This document shows positions 36,801-47,785 of a DNA stretch of 64,000 nucleotides, one piece after another. The position numbers were made by a program, and so were the translations under genes. Position 1 is the stretch's first letter; each line of letters begins with the position of its first letter. Location: positions 2,480,001-2,544,000 of the forward strand of contig CAIIXF020000001.1 in the NCBI GenBank assembly GCA_903813345.2, given 5' to 3'. Below the pieces are notes generated by a model. It did no database searches. It saw only the letters and a list, made by a program, of their open reading frames with translations, and had not been told where the DNA came from. The DNA is from Owenia fusiformis (Eukaryota).

Positions 36801-39800
36801 TTTCATGATTTTATAACATTGGGTCTGTGGAAAGTCTCCCTGACCTAGAAGCCACATTTTCAAAGAAAATTACATTTTCAATGTGAATTAGCATTTTTGA
36901 ATCCACATGTAAAACATATAGATTTCAAATATGATATCTTTGACTGAATTTTGAATCTAATGATGTAAATCAAGATTATTTCTACTTACATCTAGTCCAT
37001 TACTCCATGTCAAGTTCAAAAATGGTAACTACATTTTGGTTGCTAGAGCAAGTCACAATGTACGAAATACAATATGTTTTTTCTTTCAGACAGAGGATGT
37101 TCTGAGGATGATTCTGAAGTCCACAGATGAGATGTTACATGTGGCCCTGTATGACTGGCTCATCAATATGGAACTCTCTGAAAAACTACTTGAGGTAAAG
37201 ATACAATTTGTCTTGTCATTTATCGAATCTCTTTCAGTCATTTCAGGGGCCCAGAGTAAAGCATGCTGCCACTATTGAACATGTTTCTATTTCAGATCCA
37301 GTCTCCATTCCTGGAGCCCTATCTAAAGTGTGCTGCCACTATTGAACATGTTTCCATTTCAGATCCAGTCTCCATTCCTGGAGCTGTATCTAAAGCCTGC
37401 TGCCACTATTGAACATGTTTCTATTTTCTGTATTTTAGAACCAGTCTCTATTCCTGGAGCCCTAGCTAAAGTGTGCTGCCACTATTGAACATGTTTCCAT
37501 TTCAGATCCAGTCTCCATTCTTGGAGCTGTATCTAAAGCGTGCTGCCACTATTGAACATGTTTCTATTTCAGAACCAGTCTCCATTCCTGGAGCTGTATC
37601 TAAAGCGTGCTGCCACTATTGAACATATTTCCATTTCAGATCCAGTCTCCATTCTTGGAGCCCTATCTAAAGCGTGCTGCCACTATTGAACATGTTTCTA
37701 TTTCAGATCCAGTCTCCATTCCTGGAGCCCTATCTAAAGCGTGCTGCCACTATTGAACATGTTTCTATTTCAGATCCAGTCTCCATTCCTGGAGCCCTAT
37801 CTAAAGCGTGCTGCCACTATTGAACAGGATAACTTGGACACATTAGATCTTCTGTGGAAGTACTATGAGAAGACCAAAGATTATGCTTCTGCTGCAAAGA
37901 TCCTTTCTAAACTTGCAGACAGACAATGGTGTGTATAATATGCATGATTATCTTCTCATATCTTATCGAAAGATAAAAATACATCCTGTAAATTTATCCC
38001 ATGATACTTACTACTAGTTCCCAATGAATAATGCAAGGGAATATTTGTGACATTGAAGAAATCGCATTTCCCTGTCATTCGCTTTTGTGAGAATTATACT
38101 CACCTGTCAATCCCGTTCAAGAAAATCATACTAAGCTCCCAAGAGTTTCTGCCTCTGGGCCCTGGGGAAATATCATATTCTCCCTTTGAATAAAACCCAT
38201 ATTCAATCCTTCTCTGTAAATAACCTGTGTACAATGGACTTTGAGCAGTTTAATTTTTTGGGATATTTTAAATTAATTGATTATGCCACAAAACATAATT
38301 TCTTTGTTACATTACAGCATAGATATCAACCTCCAACAGAGATTAGAGTATCTCTCTAGAGCAGCTATGTCAGCCAAGAGTTCCACTCTAAGAACAACTT
38401 CATCCACTCAGGGAGAATTCCTGCATGAACTTGAAGAAAAGATGGAGGTAAATTGACACATTTCACCACAATTTCTACAATAAGAAAAAACAATGATTTT
38501 CTCTGAAATGGAAGTACTTCTAGATTGCAAAATATTCAGGGAAAATCAGGGTGTTTTGGACTGCTAAAATTAAATGCACATTAAAAGCAGATGTTTGTAA
38601 TCTGTTCAACTATTGATAATACAACAGACATACATGTAAATAATTTCCTTGTTAATCTTATGTTTATCATTGTTGCAGGTAGCCAGGATTCAGCTGCAGA
38701 TATTTGATGCTCTGTCAAGGAGAGGAGATGCAAATAAGATACAAGATACTTTATCACGTCTTAATTCAGAGCTCCTTGATATCACTACAGTAAGTGTATA
38801 TGTATTTCCACTTGAAGTCATCGTTAAATTATCATGCAAATACTGGTCAGTATGTATGTGTAAATTATGTACAATACATGCACATACCAAAGTTAAAGAA
38901 TAAATACAATACAATTTTTGTTTACTCAAAGATTCTGAAATCATTAATTACTTTTAATTGATGCTCAGTATTTGGTTAGAGTAAAGTACTGGTATTATAT
39001 AAACATTTCACCCTCTATAGCACTTGCCTGGGGTCATTAAGCCTTGAGAGTCCATTGCAGTTCACACATGAGAGAAAAAGGCTGTGTTATGAGTCCTGAG
39101 AGTTTTGATTGGTGCCGAATATTGAACCACAAACGGAAATCTTAAGTTTTGTCTATGTAAATGATATATCTTTCGCATTTGTAGTTGTATGGGGAGTTTG
39201 CAGATCCATTTGACCTATCAGAGAGTAAGCTAGCCATCATCCTGTGTGCTGGTCATCATGACCCGAGTCTAGTAGATGCCCTCTGGCAAGATATCATAGA
39301 AAAAGGTAATGATAAATCTTTAGACTCAATTCTTTTAATGTATTCAATACTTTTCTGGACTGTTTCACTGGATGTGAAGCTTTGATCTTCAATACAGTGT
39401 GTTATCCTTATTATATATTTGCTATTCATATGAATTTTATCTTTATTGTAAAAAACTAAATGTCATGTTTACAGGTGCAACCTCATAGATTAATCATCTG
39501 CAATAGTAAGAGGGTATTAGTAGTATGGCTAGCTGGTGTTGATTCAGGCCTCAGGGTAGCCTCCCACATACAAGAAATTAAAAAAGAGTTTTACTTTATA
39601 TTTAAACCTGTATATCTGAACATCCCTCTCATCTGAACAGTGAACACCTCTCAATATGAACACTTTTGGTCCCACTTTTAATCTGCCACAGATAACCATT
39701 GCTCAGAAACCTCAAATGTGAGCACCCGTCAATCTGAACACTTTTGGTCCCACTTTTAATCTGTCACAGATAACCATTGCTCAGAAACCTCAAATGTGAG

Positions 39801-42800
39801 CACCTGTCAATCTGAACACTTTTGGTCCCACTTTTAATCTGTCACAGATAACCATTGCTCAGAAACCTCAAATGTGAGCACCTGTCAATCTGAACACTTT
39901 TGGTCCCACTTTTAATCTGCCACAGATAACCATTGCTCAGAAACCTCAAATGTGAGCACCTGTCAATCTGAACACTTTTGGTCCCACTTTTAATCTGCCA
40001 CAGATAACCATTGCTAGAAACCTCAAATGTGAGCACTTGTCAATGAACACTTATGGCCCATCCCATCAGTGTTCTGACTAGACTGCTTTACTCTACTTAT
40101 ATTCTATGTACTTTAGAGCTTGAACTGACTATTGGTAGCCCAGTTAACACGAGGATGGCAACATTAGGGAGAAAGATCATCAGCCTAGGAAAGATATATG
40201 CTGCTACAGAGAGATATTTTCCTGTCCGTAAGTAAACCTTTAGGACCTCTTCTTACTGCTGCGAGGATTTTTCTCAACTTCTTTTTCCAGGCTGTTTAAC
40301 AAAAAACACATAGGGCAGTATGATAATCAAATTTTGAAATAGCTCTAATAGTAAAATATATGCAATATGACACACTAAACAAACATCAAATATACATGTA
40401 TGTCAACAACTTGCTAACATGCATGGTACTTTATGTCATATAATATGTGAATTTCATTAAAGAATCATGGTGAATTTATAAAATGTTGCTATCTTATGTT
40501 GAAATCAAGAATGCATTCAAGTGAATTCATTAATTTAATGAATGCAGTTTGATGTTTTTCAAAGCTGGTACTTCTGTCAAGTAATAAAGACTCTTAATCT
40601 GAGTGTAATGAATATATTTATTTATTTCTCTTTCTATTTGCTTCTATTACAGCTTTCCTGGTGAAGTACCTTGAAAGAAAGAGTTGTGAGGGTGGCTTTG
40701 ACCAGAAATGGGTGTTCACGATAATGCAAGACGTAGGAATCCCCCTTACAAAACTACAGGAGATCTATGATAGGATGTTCAAGTCAAAGGTCAGACATCA
40801 ATTCTCAATTGATTATCATATCAGCTTCAGTAGATTATATGTATATTATGTCTCATACCCTTCAGGGTGTATAACAAATGTTGCTATACTCTTGGTAAAA
40901 AATATATTTGATCAATTTAGTCCAATCACAATTATGTTGCTGTTTTATTTAAGAGATTAATCTCTTTCACAGAAGGAAATGTTCAATTTACAACTTGTGA
41001 TCGGCTTTCTAATACAGCTCTTTCCCATACCCTGATGGTGTTGTACCAGGTATATGCTCCACTAAAGTTATCATGCCATTGTAGGATCCATGCTGGCAGG
41101 CTGCCAAGAAGCCACTTCATCTAATGGGCGTGATCTACCATCTTCTGGCCTCCTTCACTGAGGCACCAGCTGTTGTCCCTTCATATGAAAGGTAAGCCAA
41201 CCTTGTGGTGGTTGACATTGTATGTTTTAGAGAAGGGTCGGTTACGGTTCGGTTCGATTAACCGCGGTTTTTGGCCTCACGGTTCTACTGGGACCGTCTG
41301 ATCACCAAGAACCAAGTCCAAAACCGTTCCATCATTCCCGGGGAAATACTTTATTTTCGTGCAGTGTAACATGAATACGAAATTTTTGCGCAAATAATTA
41401 CAGCTCTATTTCATCTAAATAGCGAATGAAAGTACCACCGACAATTGAACAACTTTAAACGATCCATACGGTAATAAAATCGTTTCCTTGGATATTTCAT
41501 TGTTCTTCCACGTCTCGAGGGAACATAATTCTACTTACCAGCGTGAATTTATTTCGTGCGGAAACACTTGTGTTTTAAAAATGGCGGACAGTTTTCGAAG
41601 TCGGCAAAGAGCTAGTAAAACCATAATAGAGCCTTTTCCCGCGATGCCTAAGTTGGATGCTTGGAAGTATTCGGTTTCTACGATGAGAATACATCTACCC
41701 TATGTCGGTTGTGCAACACGACATTGAAATAAGCTGCAGGTTTCCAATTTTTGTGATAGAAACTTTTTGTAAATTTTTTAATTTTAAAAATTAAGACTGC
41801 GATCTTTATTAGACTTCAATTCATTCCCTATCTTGTAACTGCCTCCTATTACCCACTCATAGTAACATTTTTTATGACTGATATATACACTTTTTCATGT
41901 GTCCTACCTCAGGTCCCAAGTCAGGTTGAGAATTTGGGTAAACACCCCCTAGCCCACTGCACTGTTATTCCCAACTGAAGGACATCTGTGCTATCCATAT
42001 AATTTTAGTTTTCAGGAAACACACTGTTTGCCATGAGGAAACATATTGAAAGGTCTTACCCAACCAGACCCAGTTTAAAAGGAATCCCTCCCATCTAACA
42101 CAGGGCAAGCAACTTGTTGATAGCCACATACAAATAGTTCAATTCTAGTTATTTAATTCCATAAATATTCAATGATTATCAGCTATCATCATTCCATATT
42201 GATCATTTATAAGATTGAAAATAAAATTATATCCCCTAATAATACAAAATAAAAGTGGAACACCTTTTTATGTTGCCATATTTGTGGCACCAATTGCAAT
42301 TTATGAGGCCCACCTTACTATTAAGTATATGATTTAAGAACCGACCGAACCGAGAGACAAGAACCGAGAATCGTACCGAACCGAACCGTGACCGACCCTT
42401 CTCTAGTATGTTTGGTGAAGTCACTTGTTTTTCACATAAATAACACTCATGCAAGACTCATGAATTTGATTTGTCTTCCAATTTTTGCAACAAGATGTAA
42501 ATTCACAAATATAAGATGATTTTGAGAAATGACTATAATGGCATTAGGCAAAAATATTACCTTAGTATCTTTTGTCTCTCGGATGTGTCATTTGGGAATT
42601 CATAGGTAAGGGCCCAAAATCTCAAGTCTTTTAATTCAGTCGTTTTTATGAAAAGAATATTCAATATATCCAAATTCTGCTCTTACATCTTACTCACATT
42701 TTGAAAATTTGGGAAAAAATGGCATCGGAACCCCAAAATTTGAGGAAGGCCAATTTTTGTCAAGATACGTCATATTCATAATTCTGCATGTTCATATTTT

Positions 42801-42947
42801 TCCAGGAGACAGTTCACCACGATATGCCTGGACACTTTAGCCAGCTATCTAGTAGAACTCCATGCTATGAGCAGCACAGACCCAACAGTGCGCAAATACA
42901 CTACAGATTTCAAAGGACTCCAAGCAAAATTAGAACGATTATTATGA
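12892..42947 (+). CDS. NUP155: Nuclear pore complex protein Nup155, complete multi-exon gene (about 30 exons)
   Basis: Spliced exons give [135 protein letters not shown] and the C-terminus [27 protein letters not shown] (TGA 42945-42947), all recognisable Nup155 motifs. Confidence 0.96.
13497..13917 (+). other. U12-type (minor spliceosome) GT-AG intron in NUP155
   Basis: 5' site GTATCCTTT; branch-like TTCCTTGAC about 10 nt before the AG at 13916-13917; removal restores EQYG-H-MQCNC. Confidence 0.88.
15481..15590 (+). repeat. 4 x 28-bp tandem repeat containing the NUP155 5' splice site
   Basis: tcaa|gtaaggttttgtttt repeated, with GT at 15485, 15513, 15541 and 15569. Confidence 0.92.
17467..19224 (+). 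mobile_element. Helentron/DINE-like non-autonomous element with ~120-140-bp internal satellite
   Basis: 5' hairpin tgtcaccaccaaaagtggtgaca; ggttgg/cgtccgg microsatellite; about a dozen units containing ttgaccttcaatgaccttctcaaggtcaaaa; end ggtggtgacattttgtcatgttaatgccttgt; related copies at ~20990-21072 and 61330-62250. Confidence 0.75.
24199..24314 (+). other. GC-AG intron in NUP155
   Basis: Donor AAG|GCAAGT, acceptor ttttag|GCT; splicing gives DATCSK-AHELVQ in frame. Confidence 0.85.
24745..25842 (+). mobile_element. Degenerate, internally deleted mariner transposon with ~190-bp TIRs
   Basis: TA|cgaggggtgatcaataagtaatggac ... gtccattacttattgatcacccctcg|TA; remnant LLHMDNAP...[13 protein letters not shown] matches the mariner HDNA and YSPDLAPxD motifs. 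Confidence 0.9.
27333..29054 (-). CDS. DEG/ENaC superfamily channel subunit (FaNaC/ENaC-like), intronless, nested antisense in a NUP155 intron; copy A (true start possibly MKQTL at 29036)
   Basis: 573-aa ORF with pre-TM1 TTAHG, TM1, [30 protein letters not shown], Cys-rich thumb, NFIRLNVYF and TM2 [20 protein letters not shown]. Confidence 0.93.
   Translation of the reverse strand: MHEAARMKQTLNDFASNTTAHGWGNIHQRTTTLSKAVWIILCLGCTGVAIWQVITIVIRYGLFETKDRIQVEEGDITFPSVTVCPLVGIPKSENSKLLKDLYNGKIDADTYAEMLAFDTQIVYSSIYLDSNISQNAYREKLEFHNVFSKQLFSFQGYIENFNIFRDYSHKQEEFIPICRYQGKPCLKSDFQSLDHHEHNKCYTFNGANNTISNPSTNITGPKGGLSLVLFVDASEASQVYNPDYPTSGSQGVRVVIHEKGTFPDPENDGFDIEPGHSVNAALSVNQRQLLKPPWGKCANYDAEVYGGFTYRKKLCQLSCTQRFIYKTCGCIKSSLPVDEVTAHKEYCLKIHPQEWLKLNSSQYNLTIIQNDLEKLRCQNREYPSSDILAQDGCQCREKCMYHTYDMTLSQAEWPMRGVEITFYCRLIMTADNYINSSIYDTFHNISEYCDFAKPENESKILRERYGDTLRQNFIRLNVYFKDLEMKVIKQAEDFTINSMISEIGGSLGFFVGMSIITIAEIFLLCWNITGVLKNRVENRVVSTPHQENKTDQKSALERANRSNAWEDEKSIKW
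30053..31526 (+). mobile_element. Helentron/DINE-like non-autonomous element with ~170-bp tandem units, between the two channel genes
   Basis: Hairpin gtccccaccacatagtgtgggac; cgtc microsatellite; about 5 units containing gccattttggattttccgtcctaaaatcttgtctgt; end ggtggggacatat..cttgt. Confidence 0.7.
32078..33754 (-). CDS. DEG/ENaC superfamily channel subunit, intronless, nested; copy B (tandem paralogue of 27333-29054)
   Basis: 558-aa ORF with the same motifs; near-identical to copy A outside the finger region and the C-terminal tail. Confidence 0.93.
   Translation of the reverse strand: MKQTLNDFASNTTAHGWGNIHQRTTTLSKVVWIILCLGCTGVAIWQVITIVIRYGLFETKDRIQVEEGDITFPSVTVCPLVGLPMSGSAKFTQDLYNGKIDADTSAELDAFSKYILYSSTYLDNYISQNAYSEKLEFLDVFSKQLFSFQGYYENFDFFKDYSHKQEEFIPICRYKGKPCLQSDFHSLDHHEHYKCYTFNGANHTISNPSTNITGPKGGLSLVLFLDADESSQIYNPDYPTSGSQGVRVVIHEKGTFPDPENDGFDIEPGHSVNAALTVNQRQLLKPPWGKCANYDAEVYGGFTYRKKLCQLSCTQRFIYKTCGCIKSSLPVDKETAHKEYCLKIHAQEWLKLNFSQGNLTIIRNDLKKLRCQNHEYPSSDILAQDGCKCREKCMYHTYDMTLSQAEWPMRGVEIEFYCRLIMTADNYMNSSIYDTFHNISEYCNFAKPENESKILRKMYGDTLRQNFIRLNVYFKDIEMKVIKQAEDFTINSMISEIGGSLGFFVGMSIITIAEIFLLCWNIVGVLKKRVTVSPEHQGNEATQKSASHISNHSNNSGK
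34120..35878 (-). mobile_element. Truncated tyrosine-recombinase retrotransposon (DIRS/Ngaro-type): gag plus start of pol (ORF 34338-35717)
   Basis: [44 protein letters not shown] knuckle and CNKYQYGEC finger, then pol-like [29 protein letters not shown] before an abrupt break into a ~60-bp duplicated terminal-like repeat (34277-34388); no RT core, RNase H or YR seen. Confidence 0.75.
35905..36209. repeat. 30-bp minisatellite, about 10 copies
   Basis: tatgggagtgtgtatgtagcttccatggcct-type unit repeated in tandem. Confidence 0.95.
37264..37826 (+). repeat. 67-bp tandem repeat (8 copies plus a partial) spanning a NUP155 3' splice site and exon start
   Basis: Unit tgctgccactattgaacatgtttctatttcag|atccagtctccattcctggagccctatctaaagcg starts at 37264, 37331, 37398, 37474, 37541, 37608, 37675 and 37742; the true exon starts at 37774. 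Confidence 0.95.
39605..40052. repeat. 78-bp tandem repeat (about 5 copies), apparently amplified from a MITE subterminal region
   Basis: aatctgaacacttttggtcccacttttaatctg(c/t)cacagataaccattgctcagaaacctcaaatgtgagcacc repeated; the aaacctgtatatctgaaca motif is shared with elements at ~16190-16331 and ~62988-63120. Confidence 0.85.
41228..42405 (+). mobile_element. Non-autonomous hAT element with BED-finger remnant
   Basis: TIR tagagaagggtcggt / accgacccttctcta; perfect 8-bp TSD gtatgttt; cggtt subterminal repeats; frameshifted remnant [19 protein letters not shown] at ~41660-41730. Confidence 0.88.
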
Positions 42948-44134
42948 GAATTTACCCAAATCTGACTATTAAAAGTATTGTTTTATATTTTTGTATAGGC
43001 CTAGAAGTCAAATACATGTGACTTCAACAATATTTGATGCAATCATGTATAACTGAAATTCAGGAACTGACAAAGGTGCGTTTTATAGTTGGCCTTCATT
43101 CTCACAAATGGAGCCAGAGCTAGCTCTTGGTGGGACCAGTATACTGCTTTTTTTTTTTTTTTTAATTTTTTTATATTTACTGCTTTAAGCATGTTAAATG
43201 GATTAAAAGTTAATTATAAGGCCTGAAAATCGAAGTATTAATTAAGCCTTGAAATGATATGTTCGGATAGGAAGGCTTTTATCATCATAATAAAAAAATA
43301 AATGAAGTATAAAAAAATATCTTTTGTTAAAAACCATCTGAGATTAAAATATAATGTTTCAAATAGCTCTCCAACATCATTTATGGAAACTTAATGCTAA
43401 AGGCCACTTTTATCAAATTGCTTATGAATACTTTATGAAAGCATTTCCCAGACACTAATCACTGTCTAAGGTTTCATTTTGATGATAGAAAGCTACAAAT
43501 AACCCAGAAGACCAATATCTGTTCAGAAACTTGCTTGACATTGAGCACAAACGTTTATACAAGTGAAAGGCTTCTCATAAAAATATTGGTTTACAGTACC
43601 AACACATAGACCTACACATCACAGCCTGCCATACTAAAAGTACAGATAACATATACCAGTCCCAAACGTAACATGACATGCTGCTTCTAAGTCATTACTA
43701 CATCCCTGGTTGCTCTCATTTTCACAAAATGTGAAAATAATTGGTACATTAGGTAACGGATCCTTTGCAACATAATAATTGAGTATGGAAAAATTTTAAG
43801 AGATTTTTATGAGAGAAATGTGTCAAATCAAGTTCATTTATACTATTATGTAGTACATTTTTGAAATGGGAAAAATAACAGCACTAGACAAGTTTTCCAC
43901 AGCTATTGTGAAATAATATATTATTTGAGATGGTAGGATATACAAGTCCTTGTCAGTCACATAATATCTCACCAAAATGGCTAGAACTTGGATAATTGTT
44001 CAATTCCTACAAATATGTATTAAAGCTTGTGTAGCTTTTCTCTGTTCGGGAAAATTCCCAAAGAATCGAACACTGAATATTGGATGGAAAATTCTCTGGT
44101 ATACAAGAGTTTAAAATATCTTAACTATACAATA

Positions 44135-44771
44135 GCTTCCTAGTCAACTCGTACCCAAGACAACTGGTACCCAAGACAACTCGTTCCCAAAATTATTTTC
44201 AGTATTATGGGTGCATATTAGGGAAAAAATTGAGTGTAATGCTATCATGTTATAATGTGAATCAAATTAGCCTCAATATTTTTTTAGATTTAGACTCAAT
44301 GATTTTTAGATTTTTCTCAATGGATCAGAAACGCATTTTTTTATTAAATAAAAGAAGTGCTTGAAGCGCTTGTTCTCAACATTTTTTTGTCAAACATATA
44401 TATAAATAAATATAATTACAACATTAGATCTGACACTTGTTCCAAACATTCATAAACATACAATATTTTGAAAAATGATTATGAATATGTGGAATAAACA
44501 TATGTCTCTTCACTCGAACATCCTGAATCGGTGACCAATTTAAATAAAATATTAGTCAATATAAATTAACACTCTGCTCAAAATGTCACAAAATTGAATC
44601 AATTTCTTCCGAAAATTCTTCAAACTTAAACTATTCTGAACAGTATGTTACAATTATAATATGTATATCTATTCACATTCCCAGTCCAAAGCTCGATTCA
44701 AAACAAAATATATACTTGGATACGAGTTGTCTTGGGTACGACTTGTCTTGGGTACGAGTTGACCAGTTACC
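44135..44771. mobile_element. MITE with 17-bp subterminal repeats (possibly Mutator-like)
   Basis: Three caactcgtacccaaga units at the left, inverted three times at the right; degenerate flanking direct repeat atacaata/attcaata. Confidence 0.7.
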
Positions 44772-47682
44772 ATTCAATACAGTAATATGGGTAAGGGCCA
44801 AATAATTGCTCAGGAGATCTTCAGATCAATCTTTTAACATTTCAACACTTCAACAAAACAGAATGAGTAATGTTCTTCTTTTATTGTGTAAATGCAACAA
44901 AGATATGCATGTATTTATTATATAATATAAAAGTATATAAAATATAAAATGTATAAAAAAAATAATATAAAAATATGCACATTTATAAAACTGATTCAAT
45001 ACAAAAGCTTACAATACTGGTCAATTGCTCATATGAATTCCTGAGTTGTTCTGCTGTAGGTCTATCTTTACTTTTCTCAATATATTTAATAGCAGTTGTT
45101 AATATTGCACTGTTCTCGATATAGGCCTAATAGATCATTGGAAATATCACAGAAGACTGGAGAATTCTTCATTCATCTTAAAATGTCAAATACTAGTAGT
45201 ACTGTAGTATAACAGTTCAATATCAGCAGATAACGACTAATTCTAAGCTCATCTCAGTTATCAGAATGTGATCTTCCTCTGCTCTTGATCAACATGGAAG
45301 TTTGCTTACAAAGATGGCGTTTCAATCTCTCTACTCAAATCACTGCCACGATCTACACCACAGCCATTGCCTTATAGATGTACAAACCAGACAAGACACT
45401 ATATTATACATGCCTAGTAGCATCCAAGGCACAGAACATCCTGAAAAATTTTAAAGCATAATTACGACATGTTGAAGGAATCTTTCTTATCCAGTCTTAA
45501 AAATATACTGTAATGTACTTTTAAATTTGGTAAAAAAGTCAAAAGTGTACATCACATATTAACAAAATCAACAATGGCTACTTATAATCTTTAATTTACT
45601 GGTGTAACAGAGAAGCAAACAAACACTGGCATGGATATGAACTCAACTCTGAATGTAAGAGTGATCAGTAATTAATAGCTATTCTACTGGTATAAAATTA
45701 ATTAATATAATTAACCTGTAATTAGCTTATAATAACAGGATGTTTTACAGATGTCTATCAAACAAAAATTTCTCTAATAACTTAACTCCATCAATCAAGA
45801 ACTCTAATATAATGTACAATTACAGTTGAATACTAATGTCTTCATCCTGGGATATATTCTTCAGGTTAATCATGATAGCCTAAAGTGAATTACTTTCCTT
45901 CCATCATATATACAAAAGTCACTCTCTGATCATTTTGAATACATAGTGAGAATAACAATGAGAACATTTTTTTAGAAAATATCTCTCCATGCTTGCTCTC
46001 TAGGGACTATTTGAGTATTATTACAGTAGTTCCTCTTTGAAAGTCATGACAGTGTAATTCCTATTAGAGTGTTATTAAAGCAATTCTTCTTTGATGAGCT
46101 AATAGTATGCCCTGTCATTTTGCATAAAATAGTACAATTGGATTTTTGTGCATATTATTAATTTTATTGAACAGTGACACTTTCCTACATATAACCATTC
46201 TGACAATCATCAAATATGTAGTATGTTGTAATTCAGAGAGGATTACAGGTAGCCCCTTTTCATTTATAAAATCCTATTTCTAGATAATAACCAAGTAAAA
46301 CATCTTACCTGTTTCTTTAACACTTTTGAAGCAACTTATCACTTTGCTGTATCACTTCTCAAACTAATTATGGCATCTTCATGTATCTGTTCATCTTAAT
46401 GACCATGTGATATATCCCATTTCTTCTTCAAATGAGCTAAAACTATACTTTGGGAACTCTTAGAACTTCATTTCAAGATTTCCCAGAAGCGCACATCACA
46501 TATCAACATACTCTGCTATCATGTCCCCCATTCAGCTAGTCACTCTACCTCTTTACTTCTAGAGACACATATCTGATTGGGACAATTTCTCAAAAACACC
46601 TTTCTTGTCCTTTTATGGGTGTTTCAACCGAATAAATCTAAGGCTGAAATAACGAAGCACAGGAGCCGACTCCAAGTACATGTAGATATATGAGGAGGAT
46701 AGACAAAGTAACTTTCTAATTTAAGGAGTTGAGATGAACTATCAGGGCAGAAAGGTAACTCTCAATTTTAACATACTTCACCCCACATAGAAATCTAATG
46801 CACGTTCATGGTTCGATATTAATTGGTCCAATTATTAAAAATTGTAAATTCGGTATCTATTATTCAAATATAAATATCAAAACCAACTGGGTCAATTATC
46901 TGAATGAAATGTTCTAACCAAGATTCAATTTACCAAAATGCATATAGTTATCAAATTACTTGATAACTTCTTATATGTGGTGCACCGAAGTAGTTCAAAC
47001 AGTCTGTTATTTTCCAAAAGTTAACTTCCAATGTTTCTAAGAGGTAATCTATGTCAGACTCACTGGTGTGCTATTTTGGGCATGCAAGAGTGAATAAAAT
47101 TTTAATATGGAATTCCTAATGATTGGAGCGCTCTATCAGACATTCTTAAACACTGGCTGAATTTACAGACTCTGTACACAAGTACACACCTCTGAAATCT
47201 GAGATTATCAAACTAAAGTGACCAGAGAAAATGTTAATGAATGATAAAGTGTACTGAGGTAAAAAATATGTGTACTAGTAGCTTACCAAATATTATCAAA
47301 TTTTGTAGACTATTTCAAGCTGAATCGAGATACCTGACAACCACTCTTAGTAACATGTAGTAATGGAACATCAATAACATATATATATGTCTAGTTATTA
47401 CTCAATATAGAACTTTGAACGATAAATTAGTTCAAGCTCACTTAAAATGTTGAATAAATGAGCACAAGCTATTGGAGCTTGACATTTATGATGTGTAGTG
47501 ATCAAAATCTGTTTATAGTAGCTGTCTTCAAAATCCCAAAGCCCCATTGGCCGGCCATGCCACATGAACTGTTCCTCTATCATTGTCTAACATACCTTTC
47601 TGTTGGTACTATAACCTCACTCAGTTCAATAAATGTTACCCTCAATTCACCATACTACCCCCAGTCTACAACAAGTGATTTT

Positions 47683-47785
47683 CTAAATTCCCCTCAATTA
47701 GCCACATAACCCTCACTCTACAACCTAAATTCCCCTCAATTAGCCACACTAACTTCACTCTAAAACCTAAATTCCCCTCAATTAG
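47683..47785. repeat. Short ~41-42-bp tandem repeat, 3 copies
   Basis: ctaaattcccctcaattag repeated three times. Confidence 0.8.

Noticed and set aside
37264-37826. CRISPR-like appearance of regular repeats (also 39605-40052 and 35905-36209)
   Set aside because: Units are contiguous tandem copies without unique spacers, there are no cas genes, and the context is eukaryotic introns
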